From: Eledone cirrhosa
Taxonomy: Eukaryota
Assembly: GCA_964016885.1 (NCBI GenBank)
Contig: OZ024761.1
Location: 2,232,001 to 2,296,000, forward strand
Reading direction: 5' to 3'
Length of the DNA: 64,000 nt
Shown: piece after piece, positions 1 to 64,000 of the stretch
How the letters are laid out: every line of letters starts with the position of its first letter
How positions within the stretch are numbered: position 1 is the first letter of the stretch
Notes under the pieces: model-generated
What the model was told of the DNA's origin: nothing
Seen by the model: the letters and a program-made list of their open reading frames with translations, nothing else
Database searches by the model: none
Made by a program: the position numbers and the translations under genes

Positions 1-541
1 AAGTGGGTATGTTCCTAAAGTGGGTATGTTCCTAAAGTGGGTATGTTCCTAAAGCGGGTATGTTCCTAAAGCGGGTATGTTCCTAAAGCGGGTATGTTCC
101 TAAAGCGGGTATGTTCCTAAAGCGGGTATGTTCCTAAAGTGGGTATGTTCCTAAAGTGGGTATGTTCCTAAAGTGGGTATGTTCCTAAAGTGGGTATGTT
201 CCTAAAGTGGGTATGTTCCTAAAGCGGGTATGTTCCTAAAGCGGGTATGTTCCTAAAGCGGGTATGTTCCTAAAGCGGGTATGTTCCTAAAGTGGGTATG
301 TTCCTAAAGTGGGTATGTTCCTAAAGTGGGTATGTTCCTAAAGTGGGTATGTTCCTAAAGCGGGTATGTTCCTAAAGCGGGTATGTTCCTAAAGCGGGTA
401 TGTTCCTAAAGCGGGTATGTTCCTAAAGCGGGTATGTTCCTAAAGTGGGTATGTTCCTAAAGTGGGTATGTTCCTAAAGTGGGTATGTTCCTAAAGTGGG
501 TATGTTCCTAAAGTGGGTATGTTCCTAAAGTGGGTATGTTC
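1..541. repeat. 17-bp tandem minisatellite (aaagYgggtatgttcct)n, about 31 units, runs off the left edge
   Basis: Directly visible tandem unit with T/C variants. Confidence 0.97.
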
Positions 542-1542
542 CCTGAGTGTGCGATGAGATTGTGGATATTTCTCATGTTATAGAGTGGATAGCTGGAACG
601 ATGACCGGTGGTGTGGAATCCTGGTGGGGTAGTGCGGAAGTGGAGAGATGTGTGGGGGGGGGTGCGCACGCAACAGGAAGCGGTCAGAGGGTCAGGGCAG
701 GGTGAAGAGATAGAAGTAGAGGAGGATGACAGGTAGAGAAATGGTCTGTATGTGGTGTGGACTGTGTGTGTGTGTGTGTGTGCAGAGGTGCGGTGGACAG
801 GGGAGAGGATGGGTAGGTGTGAAAGGTGGAGAGGGAAGGTGGTGTATGGGGGGGATGGGGTGTATATTAGTGGAGGTGTTAGTGGGATGTGTGTGTGTGA
901 AGGGGTGTAGGTGGAGTGGGGAGAGGGAGAGAAAAGGTGTTGGGGACGGAGGAGGGAGTGTAGTGTACTGGTGTGTGTGTGTGCGTGTTTGGATGAGTGT
1001 GTGTGTGGTAGAGAGGGTGTTAGTATTACTGGTGGTGGGGAAGGGGTTGAATGCAGGTGTATAGGTGGGGGTTAGTGGTGGTTGGGTGTGTGGAGTGGGT
1101 GGTCTACGTAGATGTGGGTGGGTGTGTGTGTGATGGTGTGTGTTCGGTTGCGTGGGGTTGGGGTGATGTTAGTGATATTAGTTGTGGGGTGGTCGGAGTG
1201 GATGTGTGGGTGAGGGTTAGTGGTGGTAGTAGGGCGTGTGAATAGTGTGAGTGCATGTATATATATACAGGTGTGTGTGTGGGGGGGGGGTTAGTTGGGG
1301 AAGGCTGGGGAGTGGGGGGAGGTGAAATGGAGGAGTCTCTTAGCGGTGTTAGTGGGGGGGGGGAAGGTGGGCGGACGAAGACTAAAGGAATAGGGGTGGG
1401 GAGTTCAGGCCAGGGGGTGTGTAGGTCTGTAGGGTGAAGATGGTGTGTTGTTTGACCGTGAGTGGCGTGTGTTCCATGGCATTGGAGCAGGCCACAGACT
1501 GTGAGGTGGTGGGCGGAATGTATATATATATATATAAACATT

Positions 1543-1595
<53 letters not shown>

Positions 1596-1599
1596 CATA

Positions 1600-1850
1600 C
1601 AGGTGTCACGACAAAAAAACACAGTCCACGCTGTAATGTGGCCGTGTAGGTAACACGGTAAAAACCTCCCAGTCCACACTGTAAATGTGGTTGGTGTTAG
1701 GAAGGGCATCCAGCCGTAGAAAACCTACCAGATAGTCCTATACGAGCGAGACACGGTCACCCGACCAACCTTGCCTCAAGTGGGACAACACCCGTCTAAC
1801 CCATGCTAGTGTGGAAGATGGACGTTAAACGAAGATGATGGTGATGATGA
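1600..1850 (+). mobile_element. RTE LINE 3' UTR fragment ending in a (gat)n tail
   Basis: Matches the 3' ends of the RTE copies at 36770-37025 and 45810-46050. Confidence 0.8.
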
Positions 1851-1919
1851 TTACGCATACACACATATATATATGTATATATATACATTACATACACATA
1901 TGTATATATACATTATTTA

Positions 1920-2193
1920 CTCTTGGGTCCCAAATAATAGGCGGAGAATAAGCAGGGGATGGGGTGGGAAATTGTTAACTTTTCTAGGTTGTTTTTGTTA
2001 CAAAACCAGAATTACTTGTTTAGTTTATATATTGAGACCTCCAACCAATCCTATTTTATAACATATGGAATTTCAACTAATGTTCCTTTTTTTGTCATGT
2101 ATAATATGTTTTAATGTCTGAAGTTAATTGCTACAACTTTTGCCGGTGACAGATTAGTGGAGAGTGGGGGTGTAATTATTGGAGACCCAAGTG
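1920..2193. mobile_element. Tc1/mariner-type MITE
   Basis: Imperfect TIRs ctcttgggtcccaaataat / attattggagacccaagtg, flanked by TA. Confidence 0.6.
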
Positions 2194-2258
2194 TATTTGA
2201 CACATATGGACAATGATAGACTGCCATAAAGCCACAGAGACAGACACAGTCACTTTAC

Positions 2259-54894
<52,636 letters not shown>

Positions 54895-55164
54895 CTGTGG
54901 ATGAAAGAGAGATGGACAAATGGACATATAGATAGATAAATAGATAGATATATTTCTTTATTTACCATAAAGGCATAAAAAGAAGGGACAAATACAAAGG
55001 AGTTTACATACAATCGAGTAAAAAGGGTATAAAATGAAAATAATCGAAAACAACCTCAAAAGGGAGGGGACGTGATGGGGGTTGCACACACCCCCGAAAA
55101 AGTGTGCAATCCTTTGCCCGGGGAGCACATGGAGAAGGTGCTCCCCTCTCCTTCACTTCTTTAC

Positions 55165-58100
55165 CTACAAGATGGTATACAGAGAAGGCCCATTTACACG
55201 AGCCATTCTCGCCACTATCACCCACCTTTCATAAAACTGGCTGTGGCCAAGCACCTCTCTCTCCATTCTTATCCTTCTTCCGAAGTGATATCGGAAGAAG
55301 TAGACCAGACTATGGCCAGAGAGGAAGTTGCCTGACCTCAGACCTTTCAATCGTGTCCACCAAACAACCTCTTTCAACATGGCTATTACGCACAGAAAAA
55401 CCGCCTTTGCTTCCTTTGTGAAGAGGGGAGGCGGTTTGATTGTCATCACGGACTCGGCGGTCAATCGAATCGGTGCCACCCGCGACAGCAGTCGTTCGGC
55501 GTAGCCCCACAGATCAGCCACGCCAGGACATTGCACCAATACGTGCGCAACGGTTTCTTCGTGACGCACGCATCTAGGGCAAATCTTTTTCGAGGGATCC
55601 CTGCCCGGGCGCCCGTGTCTGTAGAGCCTCTCTCGAACGGGTAGAGCCCCCCGGTAGCACTGCCAGGCTAGTGACTTCTGGAAGTTGTCCATTGGTCCTG
55701 GGCCGAAAGTCCTACCGAACAGGCTGGCCAGTTCGTCCTCTTCCATGTCCAGCGACTCTCCAAGGGTGTCATCGCCCCTGCTAGCCACCAGCCCTCTATA
55801 GAATGATGAGGTGGATTCTCCACCGATGGCCTGGCCCGCTTGCCAGAGAGCCCTGAGCGCCTGAGCACACTCAGTGTGCCAGTCTCCCAGTTTTCTGGAT
55901 CTTTGCTTGACCCAGGACTGCAGCTCGGTGAGCGAGACGAGTCTCGGAAAGGCTCGTTTCACGAACGGAGCCCACACCGGTTGACCAGTGAGGAATACCT
56001 GTAGGTGCCGTAGCCTTAATGCGTGCCTACGCATCATCAACCACGGCATCCCCAGCCCTCCTTTCGAAGGTTGTTGGCAGCAGATGGATCTTCTCACCAT
56101 AGGAGGACGCTTCTTCCAAAGAAATTGGAAGAGCATGCGTTCCATGGTGGTGAGTGTTTCCTTAGGGCAAGGCACAACAGTCAGGCGATAGTAAGTGACG
56201 GACGCTATGTAAATGTTCGCCACCTCCGCCCGGCCTTTTAGGGACAGCTTACACTTGGCCCATTTCTGGGTTAGTGCAAACACCTTGTTCGTAACCTCGT
56301 TCCAGTTCTTTTCCACCTGGAGGTCCGGTCCAAACCAGACCCCAAGCAACTTTACCGGGCCCTCCGTCCAGTGTCCGACGACACCGTCGGGAGGCATCGG
56401 TCTGCCTCTCCACGTTCCGAGTTGCAGCCCGATGGATTTTTCCCGGTTCAGTTTCGCTCCTGACAACCTTTCATACTCCTCCAGTAAGGTACCGATCGCC
56501 TCGATCTCCGAGTCGGTCGATACCATTACTGTTACGTCATCGGCGTAGGCCGACACCGCTTTGCTCAATCCTGGTTCCAGGGGGATACCCTGCAACAACT
56601 CCAATTTCCTCAGTAAAGGCTCGAGAGTCAATACGTACAGAAGGGAGGAGAGAGGGCACCCCTGTCGAATGGATCGTGTGATTTCGAACGGCTTCGAAAG
56701 GTAGCCGTTCACCTTGATCCTAGAACAGATGTGGTTGCTATGTAAGGCAGTGATCCAGCCTCTGAAAACAGGACCGAACCCAGCCGCCGCTAGCACCGCA
56801 TCCAGGTAACCATGGTCGACCCTATCGAAGGCCTTAGACTGATCCAAGTTGATCAGGGCCCCACCGAAGCCGGGTTTGTTGCCAACCCTCTCTATGATGT
56901 ATCGCATGAGGTGGAGGTTATCGTGAATGGACCTGGATGGGATAGCACATGTTTGCGCATCTCCCACCAGGCCACCCACGACAAGCGCCAACCTCTTTGC
57001 TAACACCTTGGCCAAAATCTTTAACTCTGTGTTTAGCAGGGTTATGGGCCGAAAATTATTTATACTATCTCCCTTGTTCTCGTCCTTCCTCACCAGCGTG
57101 ACTACGCCCTTGGCTACAGAACAAGGAATTCTCCCGTTCTGCTGCCAATTGCAGTAGACCGCTTCGAGGAGTTCGGAGAAGAAGACCGGCATTGCTAAAT
57201 AAAGTTCGTAAGGTATACCATCGAGACCTGGAGATTTGCGTCTGCTGCATTGGCTCAGCGCATCTCCGATCTCATCAGCCGAGATTGGTCCCTCGCAGGA
57301 CTCTGCCTCTTCGCTCGAGAGACGCGGCATGCCGTCGAGGTATGGACCGAAATCCCCGCCCCCGCCCGGACCCCCGCCTCCCCCGAACAATCGGGCAAAG
57401 TGCCTTTGAAAGGCCTCGCACATCTGCTTAGGCTCCCGGATCACCCGTCCATCTTCGTCTTGCAACGACCGGATGGTGGATCGATTTCCACTCTTAGCTT
57501 CTGTCACGCGGGCCCAGCCAACGGCTTTGGCCCCCTCATTACCTAGAGCACGTATTTTACTTCGAATGACGCAGCCTTCGTGCTTTGCATCGAAAAACTG
57601 GTTCAAGGCCGTCCTCGATGCCAGCACTCTGGCCACATCTTCGCTCTTGATTGCCTCTTCTAATTTACCTGTTAATTCTTTCTCGTTTCTATTCCTATCG
57701 GCAGCTAACATCTTGCTATAACTTATTGATTCTGTTCTAATCTCTCTTTTGAGAGATGCCCACCATCGGTTGTTGACGATTGCACCCGTCAACCTCTCCT
57801 TAACTAATCTGCTAATCCGGTTTCTGTAAGTCTCTTTTGCCGGTAAAGACAAATTAAGTTTCCAGTAACCGGGACCCTGTCTATGTGTTTTCTCGAGATT
57901 GACTACGCAGGTCACTAATTTGTGATCCGTGTAGCCAACCGTGCGCATTTCTGGACAGCTTAATATGTCCCTATCCTTACTTCTAACTAAGAATCTATCT
58001 AAGTACGATCTAGATTGACCACTGTGGTTTCTCCAAGTCCAGGTAGGCACAGTTGGAAAATCTAGTCGATATCTATCGACCAAGTTAAAACGGTCGAGTA

Positions 58101-58602
58101 ACCCCTTGAGGATGTTACACCCCCCTCTATTAGGACATGCTCCTGCATAGTCCCAACGTGCATCTAGGATGTCATTCCAATCCCCCGCTAGAAGCAGGGA
58201 ACGCGACGTTCCCAGAAAAGTCTCCAAACGCTGAAAGAAGTCGGGCCGTTCAGCTCCGAAGGGGAAGTAGACAGCGACCAGTCTCAAGACCGCACTTTCA
58301 CTACTGCAAACGTCTAGCACCAACAAACGACCCTCCGGGTCCGAGTGCACAACCTGTACGGCAAGACCCAGGTGTTTTTGCAGCAGTACGACAACCCCAC
58401 CCCCACCTCCAGGTTGACAGAGAGATGCATGCACCTCAAAGTCATCGAAGGTAGGGGCCAGCTGCCGCACGAAGCTGATTCGAGTCTCACAGATAACCAT
58501 TACATTTATACTACATGACCTGAGGTCATTTAGAAGCTTTGCTTGCTTCCAAGTTGAGCCCAGGCCACGTGCATTCAAACATCCTACTCTTAACACATCC
58601 AT
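55165..58602 (-). CDS. LINE ORF2: APE endonuclease, reverse transcriptase, C-terminal zinc finger, 1145 aa, uninterrupted
   Basis: GCLNARGL, ICETR, LAGDWN, SYLDRF, YTDHK; KSPGLDG, DQSKAFDRV, RQGCPLS, AYADDV; CPRC..EETVAHVLVQC. Confidence 0.96.
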   Translation of the reverse strand: MDVLRVGCLNARGLGSTWKQAKLLNDLRSCSINVMVICETRISFVRQLAPTFDDFEVHASLCQPGGGGGVVVLLQKHLGLAVQVVHSDPEGRLLVLDVCSSESAVLRLVAVYFPFGAERPDFFQRLETFLGTSRSLLLAGDWNDILDARWDYAGACPNRGGCNILKGLLDRFNLVDRYRLDFPTVPTWTWRNHSGQSRSYLDRFLVRSKDRDILSCPEMRTVGYTDHKLVTCVVNLEKTHRQGPGYWKLNLSLPAKETYRNRISRLVKERLTGAIVNNRWWASLKREIRTESISYSKMLAADRNRNEKELTGKLEEAIKSEDVARVLASRTALNQFFDAKHEGCVIRSKIRALGNEGAKAVGWARVTEAKSGNRSTIRSLQDEDGRVIREPKQMCEAFQRHFARLFGGGGGPGGGGDFGPYLDGMPRLSSEEAESCEGPISADEIGDALSQCSRRKSPGLDGIPYELYLAMPVFFSELLEAVYCNWQQNGRIPCSVAKGVVTLVRKDENKGDSINNFRPITLLNTELKILAKVLAKRLALVVGGLVGDAQTCAIPSRSIHDNLHLMRYIIERVGNKPGFGGALINLDQSKAFDRVDHGYLDAVLAAAGFGPVFRGWITALHSNHICSRIKVNGYLSKPFEITRSIRQGCPLSSLLYVLTLEPLLRKLELLQGIPLEPGLSKAVSAYADDVTVMVSTDSEIEAIGTLLEEYERLSGAKLNREKSIGLQLGTWRGRPMPPDGVVGHWTEGPVKLLGVWFGPDLQVEKNWNEVTNKVFALTQKWAKCKLSLKGRAEVANIYIASVTYYRLTVVPCPKETLTTMERMLFQFLWKKRPPMVRRSICCQQPSKGGLGMPWLMMRRHALRLRHLQVFLTGQPVWAPFVKRAFPRLVSLTELQSWVKQRSRKLGDWHTECAQALRALWQAGQAIGGESTSSFYRGLVASRGDDTLGESLDMEEDELASLFGRTFGPGPMDNFQKSLAWQCYRGALPVRERLYRHGRPGRDPSKKICPRCVRHEETVAHVLVQCPGVADLWGYAERLLSRVAPIRLTAESVMTIKPPPLFTKEAKAVFLCVIAMLKEVVWWTRLKGLRSGNFLSGHSLVYFFRYHFGRRIRMEREVLGHSQFYERWVIVARMARVNGPSLYTIL

Positions 58603-58726
58603 GTGGGCGGCAGAGCCAAAGGAGAGTGTAGAGACCTACCTTTCCGCTTCCCGGGGTTCGGGTTGCACGACTTCCATGGGGTCGGGGGTGTTGGGTGAAG
58701 GGGTGTCTTGTGGTGGTGTGGGGTCG

Positions 58727-60515
58727 TCAGTGTGTGGTGGGGTTGGGGTGTTTGGAGTTGTGTTGGGGAGGGGAAAAGCTTTTTAGTAGGACGCGGTTTA
58801 TGGGTTTGACAGAGGGTGGTCCTACGTCCTCCTTAAAATCCTTTTTTAGTTTTTGGTAGAGGTTCATTGGGATCTTTATTAATTTTAAATGTGGGTAGTT
58901 TTCTGAAGAAACAAAGTTTACACCTTCGGTTTGTACCGAAGGATTATTGTATATGAGTTCATTTAATTTATTATTGTTTCTGTTGATGTAAGTATAGTGT
59001 AATGTCTTTTTTTCGGATGGTGTGAGTGTTTCGAAGAGGGGAGGGGCAGGTTTGGTTTTGTTTGTTGCTGGAGGGGTGTTTTCTGTTTTGTTGGATTGTG
59101 TTGAGATTTGGGTGGGGGTTGTTTGGCCTTGTGTGTTTTGCACATGTTTTCTTTTTTTCCTTTTAATCTGTCTGAAGGACTCCGTTTCTTCCTCCGAATT
59201 CGTTGGGTTATCTTCAGTGTTGGAGGGAAGAGGTATGTTTGCTGGTAATGTTTCCGTGTTGGTTTTCTTTGTGGGGGAGATGGATGTCACTATGTTAGAC
59301 TGTGTTGTGTGTTGTGTCTGCGGTGGTTGTGTTGTTTTATTGAGTGAGAGGTTGGGTGGGCCTGTATTTTGTTTTGGGGTAATGTGTTGTGACTGTTTGT
59401 GTTGTGGTGGTGGTGTGGTTTTACTGAGGGACGGGTTGGGTGGGACTGAGTTTTGTTTGTTTATCTGTTGTGGTGGTGGAGCTGGTGTTGGTAGCAGGGT
59501 TTTCTTTTTGTTGAGTTGGGGACAAGCGGCCTTCAGGTACCCTCTGCCTGCACAGATATGGCAGGACGGCCTTCTCCCCTCCACGCTAATGTTTATATAC
59601 CCGTGGTCCTCTAATAGGATTCTGTCGGGTATTTGGGCGATGCGTTCAGGCTTCATTTGCACTACCAGCTCTATACCTGTTCCACTGAACGCATTGCCTG
59701 TGGTTTTCCCAATGGAAATCACGTTGTCATTCACTGGATCGATGAAGCCAGCTATGAGCCAGCAGTAGTCCACATCTGGCATCATTGCATCCAGCCATAT
59801 GCGTTGAGTTCTTTTACCCATATAAGATGGATAAAAGGTAAAATTTTTCGAACGAATCGGTGACAAAGCACATTTTTTTGCCACCGATTCGTTCTTCATG
59901 ATAATTGCTAGGCTTCCATACAGTCTGTCTTTTCTTATGAAAGTGGTTTCATTCAGTACTTCTGCGAGTACTGTTTTGATATCTGCTTGAGAAGGCTGTT
60001 CAGGTTTTTTTTGTACTGTTGTTGATGGTCCGAAACTTGACCGTTCGGCTTTCAATGTCTTTGGTGAATTCTTGAGGCATTTTTACCGATAAAATACCAT
60101 TCTCTCCTTCACTTATGTATTGTTTGGCATCTGTGATCCTTCGTGCCACATCTGAAATATTTTCCGCTATATAAGTCAAAGATTTCTTTGTTTTCTGTGC
60201 AAATGAAATCTTGTCGTCTGCTTTGCTTTCTGTTATGGTGTTATTTTCAAATGTTATTTTTGTGTTTGTTGTGTCTTTGTTTGTGTTATTAGTATTGTCA
60301 TGCAATTTTTCAAATTTTTTTTTCCGTTGTTGGAATCCATGTCCAGATTTGTGTTTTCGTCATTTTTTTTCTCCACAGATTCGTCTGTTTTTATTTTAAT
60401 TTTTCCTTCCTTCTCTATGACGTTAGTTGGGAAGGAAGGGGGGACTAAAGCGTGCGAGCTTACAACTCTTACCGCTGTCCCCCCACCACTATTTTCGTTC
60501 GCTGCGTTTAACATT
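58727..60515 (-). pseudogene. LINE ORF1 (gag-like) broken by frameshifts at homopolymer runs
   Basis: ORFs 60254-60619, 60000-60305 and 58727-60055 join into one protein homologous to the copy at 46890-48650; knuckle CHICAGRGYLKAAC. Confidence 0.8.
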
Positions 60516-60545
60516 TCCGTTAGACGATTGAAATTTTTTACACAA

Positions 60546-63300
60546 AATAGTGAAAGAAAATGGGGAAGTAAAATGTGGAATGTGAGGATATTATAAATAT
60601 AAAATCTGCTGCGAAACAACAGAATATATCTGGAGTGGAAAACGCAAGTGACAAGTGAAATCAGGTAGTGAAAGAAAATGGGGAAGTAAAATGTGGAATG
60701 TGAAGCTATTAGGTAAGTGAATCGAAGAGTAGGGGGGGGGGGGGGTTACTGGTGGGTGTGAAGTAAAAATAAAATAAAATTAAAAATAAAGTTAAAAATG
60801 AAAGTAAATCAGAAAGAGAAGTCTGTAAAGAGAATAATTTAAGGAAAGTGAAGAATAAGAGTTTATGGAGGATAAGTATCTGGAAGTGAGTTAAGTTTAT
60901 ATGAGCTGGAAAGCAAGTGTGATTTCATGTGTGGGCAACTGGTGAACATTTCTGTTTTTGTATTTAGGCAGGTTTTTGGTGATTTAAGGTTTTGTAAAAT
61001 CCAATATTTTTCACTTATGCAGAGTGTGCATCTTCTTGTTCCTCTTGCATATTCTTTAGATTGGTTCAAAATTGACCAATCAAATTTATATTGGATACCT
61101 TGGTCTTTCAAATCCCATATTCTGCTAGCTAGAGCTGTTGTGAATCTTTTTTCTGGATGTCGGAAAGATGCGACATGTGAGTAATAACGCGTTTTGAATT
61201 TGTCTTGTGTCATACCCACATATCTTATTCTTCACTTTCCTTAAATTATCCTCTTTACAGACTCCTCTTTCTGATTTACTTTCATTTTTAACTTTATTTT
61301 CATTTTTATTTTCACTTCACATCCACCAGTGAGCCTACCCCCCCCCCCCCTAATTTTTGATTCACTTACCTAATATCTTCACATTCCACATTTTACTTCC
61401 CCATTTTCTTTCACTACCTGATTTCACATGTCACTTGCGTTTTCCACTCCAGATATATTCTGTTGTTTCGCAGCCGATTTTATATTTGTATTCATTTATT
61501 CATAAGGCTGCTTTATACTCTGTATCTATGTGTCTGAGTGTGCTTATGTGTGTATACGTCCTGTATATGTATACGAACGCATTTGTATGTGTGCGTGCGT
61601 ATGTGTATATATATGTGTGTATGTGTGTTTTTATATCTGTTTTTACATTCTTATTTTTACGTGTGTGTAAGCGGGTGAATGTACGTGAATGTGTATGTGT
61701 GTATATATGTATATGTATGTATGGGTGTGTATGTGTATATATATATATATATAGTCGCGTACGTACGTGTGATTAGATATACATGGGGCGATATATATAT
61801 ATATACGTGCCTCGTGTGTATGTATGTACGCATGCATGCGCTTTTGTCTGTACGTATTTGTGTGTATAAATATTTTTTTATAGATATATGTTATTTATAG
61901 ATATATGTGTATGTACGTGCGTACCTATGTTTGTTTTCTTTTCTCTAGTGTTAATTGATTACTTTCTCTTTCATTTAAAAAATTTTTTTCATTCTCATAT
62001 ACTGTTTCATTTTTATACATATATCGAGAATGACACTTCTTTTTACTATTACACTCCCTTCCCTCTTTATCTTCTGCATATAAGTGACCGCATGCGTGTG
62101 TGTGTGTTTATACGCGTGCTTTCATACTCGTATGTGTATTTAATACCTGTATCTGGATGCGTGTCAACTATATTATCATTTTCATTTTCTTTTTCAACTC
62201 ATATTATATCCGTATTTGTGGTCACATATACACAAATATACTTGCCCTCATATATGTACTTACGCACACATTTTCACCATACACATGCATTTGTACATAC
62301 ACACATATGTACATTTTTGAGTGTATATACATACATATACACATACCTAACTATATTTCCTTATATTTTTTTAATATTTTTTAATATATCTCTTGCATTA
62401 CTTTTATTTATATATTTTTTGCATTTCTTGAAGAGACTTTCCAAATATTTCACTATGTTTTATATTACCTTGTCCGACGAACGAATAAGGACGTTTTTTT
62501 CGTATTCGTCTTATTCACGAAACCTCTGGTAATGAGGTAATTATATTGTATTGTTTATTATACATTATATATATATATATATATATATATAAGTGCTGAA
62601 GTTTCCGTGGAAAAAGTAAAAGGAATGAAGAGTGCTCTATGTAAGTAACAGAGCTAAATATTTAATGTATAATAAACAACACAGTATAATTACCTCATTA
62701 TCCGAGGTTTCCTAAACAGGAAGAACACAAGAGTCATCCGCATTCGTTTGTCAGATCAGGCAATATAACATAGTGAGATATTTGAAAATAGCTCATCAAG
62801 AAAGGCTAAAATGTTTAACAGACAAAGAATATAAATAAAAGTAATAAGACAAAAAATATATTTAAAAAAATAAAAATAAAGAAATATAGTGAGATGATGT
62901 GTGTATATGTACATATATATGTGCATCTGTGTATATGTACATACATATGTACATGTGTGTATATGTACAACTGCATGTGTATACTGAAAATATGTATGCC
63001 TAAGTACACACATGAGGGAAAATATATTGGTGTATGTGTGACCACACATATATATGTTAAAAATAGAAATTGTAAAATAATGAAGTTTGCGTACATGCAG
63101 ACGCAAAGACTAAGGGCTGATATATATACACATACAAACGTAAAAGGACGCACGCATACAGAAATATATACACGCGACCACATACATGTATATAATATAT
63201 ACAGGGAAGGGAGTGTATAAAGTCATATGCAGACGGAAGGTCGATACAAATATAAAATATGATGAATAAATATATAAGATAAAAATAAAAAAATATAATA
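60546..63300. mobile_element. Penelope-like element complex: GIY-YIG fragment (60863-61219, -) and inverted pLTRs
   Basis: YVGMTQDKFKTRYYSH...CTLCISEK..LN.KTE; inverted copies 60596-60862 / 61222-61490 and about 62050-62560 / 62660-63250. Confidence 0.85.
62463..62541 (+). ncRNA. Decayed hammerhead motif (core CCGACGA); inverted decayed partner at 62689-62763 (core CTGACAA)
   Basis: attaccttgt-CCGACGA...GAAA-cctctgg-TA-atgaggtaat, 10-bp stem I. Confidence 0.55.
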
Positions 63301-64000
63301 AAAATTAATAAAAATTAAGGCAATGAGAAAGTAAGTGAGGGGAGTGTAATAGATAAAGCAATACTAGAAAAAATAATAAGTAAAAAAAATGTGCATACAC
63401 ACAAAAACGCTCACACATAAGACACACTCTACTCTGAAAGGCTAAAATGAATCACTAGAGTTGATTTAGTTACGTTCCAGTCATCCATCCATACAAATCT
63501 TGCCAGGTATTTCAGCTACCTCAACACATTTATTTTGTTATCCTCATTTTCCCCTACCATGCTGACTCTGTCTCTGTCTATTTTTCCATCAAAGGCCATG
63601 ACTGGCTATTATTAATATTATTGTTGCTGTATTCTATCAGCTACTTTGCCATGCTGTATTCTATCAGTTAGTTTGTTAGCCTTGACGGCGACCCTCTCTC
63701 TATGATGGCTACCCTCTCTCTATCTCTCTCTCACAATTTCCCTCCCACCCACCCCGTCACACCACCATAGCCTATTCGACCAATCAAACCTCAGCATGCC
63801 ATTTCTTCTACTACTACTACTACTACCTAACTCTCTCCTCTCCCGTCCCAGCCCAACGCACCCTGCCATTATTACCACCACCACTGTTCTTCTAGCCCTG
63901 AATTTTCCTACCGTTATGGATGGATGAGCTGAGAATAAATTGGAGCAACTCTGAATTAATAGATGAAATGAATATGAATCCGCGAGCTACCAAGCACCCA

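Larger units (their letters stand above)
54935..60545 (-). mobile_element. Near full-length Tx1/L1-clade LINE
   Basis: ORF1 pieces, intact ORF2, 3' UTR, AATAAA and a (TCTA)n end. Confidence 0.93.

Noticed and set aside
1-541. CRISPR-like or telomeric array
   Set aside because: No unique spacers, eukaryotic intron context, and the unit is not a telomere repeat
545-1500. ORFs in a GT-rich stretch (726-1064, 1104-1709 and others)
   Set aside because: Low-complexity sequence with no recognisable domain or splice-compatible POLRMT motif; possibly a decayed TE linker

Overview
Eukaryotic, repeat-rich genomic DNA. The SINE/RTE repertoire resembles octopod cephalopods, which is an inference. The window lies within one minus-strand gene, the nuclear-encoded phage-type mitochondrial RNA polymerase POLRMT. 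I traced 22 coding exons by hand between 54894 and 2259. All have GT-AG boundaries and compatible phases, and they give 2358 nt / 786 aa including catalytic motifs A (DGSCNGLQH), B (RK-VIKQTIMTTVYG) and C (SVHDCFW). The first and last exons are outside the window or were not found. The introns hold many mobile elements: a near-complete Tx1/L1-type LINE with an intact 1145-aa ORF2, a second truncated Tx1, RTE LINEs (one with a PHD finger), an R4/Dong-like RLE element, a Vingi/Ingi fragment, several Penelope-like elements, a deleted Gypsy element with TSD, a piggyBac remnant with MITEs, two Helitron-type elements, Tc1/pogo-type MITEs and two SINE families. Two patterns stand out. First, several type-I hammerhead ribozyme motifs sit in Penelope pseudo-LTRs, some in the POLRMT sense orientation and one inside a 172-bp inverted repeat. 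Second, tandem arrays copy the real POLRMT splice sites and create rows of decoy donors and one decoy acceptor, including at the junctions that build catalytic motifs A and B. All coordinates were counted by hand, and repeat and TE boundaries are approximate.
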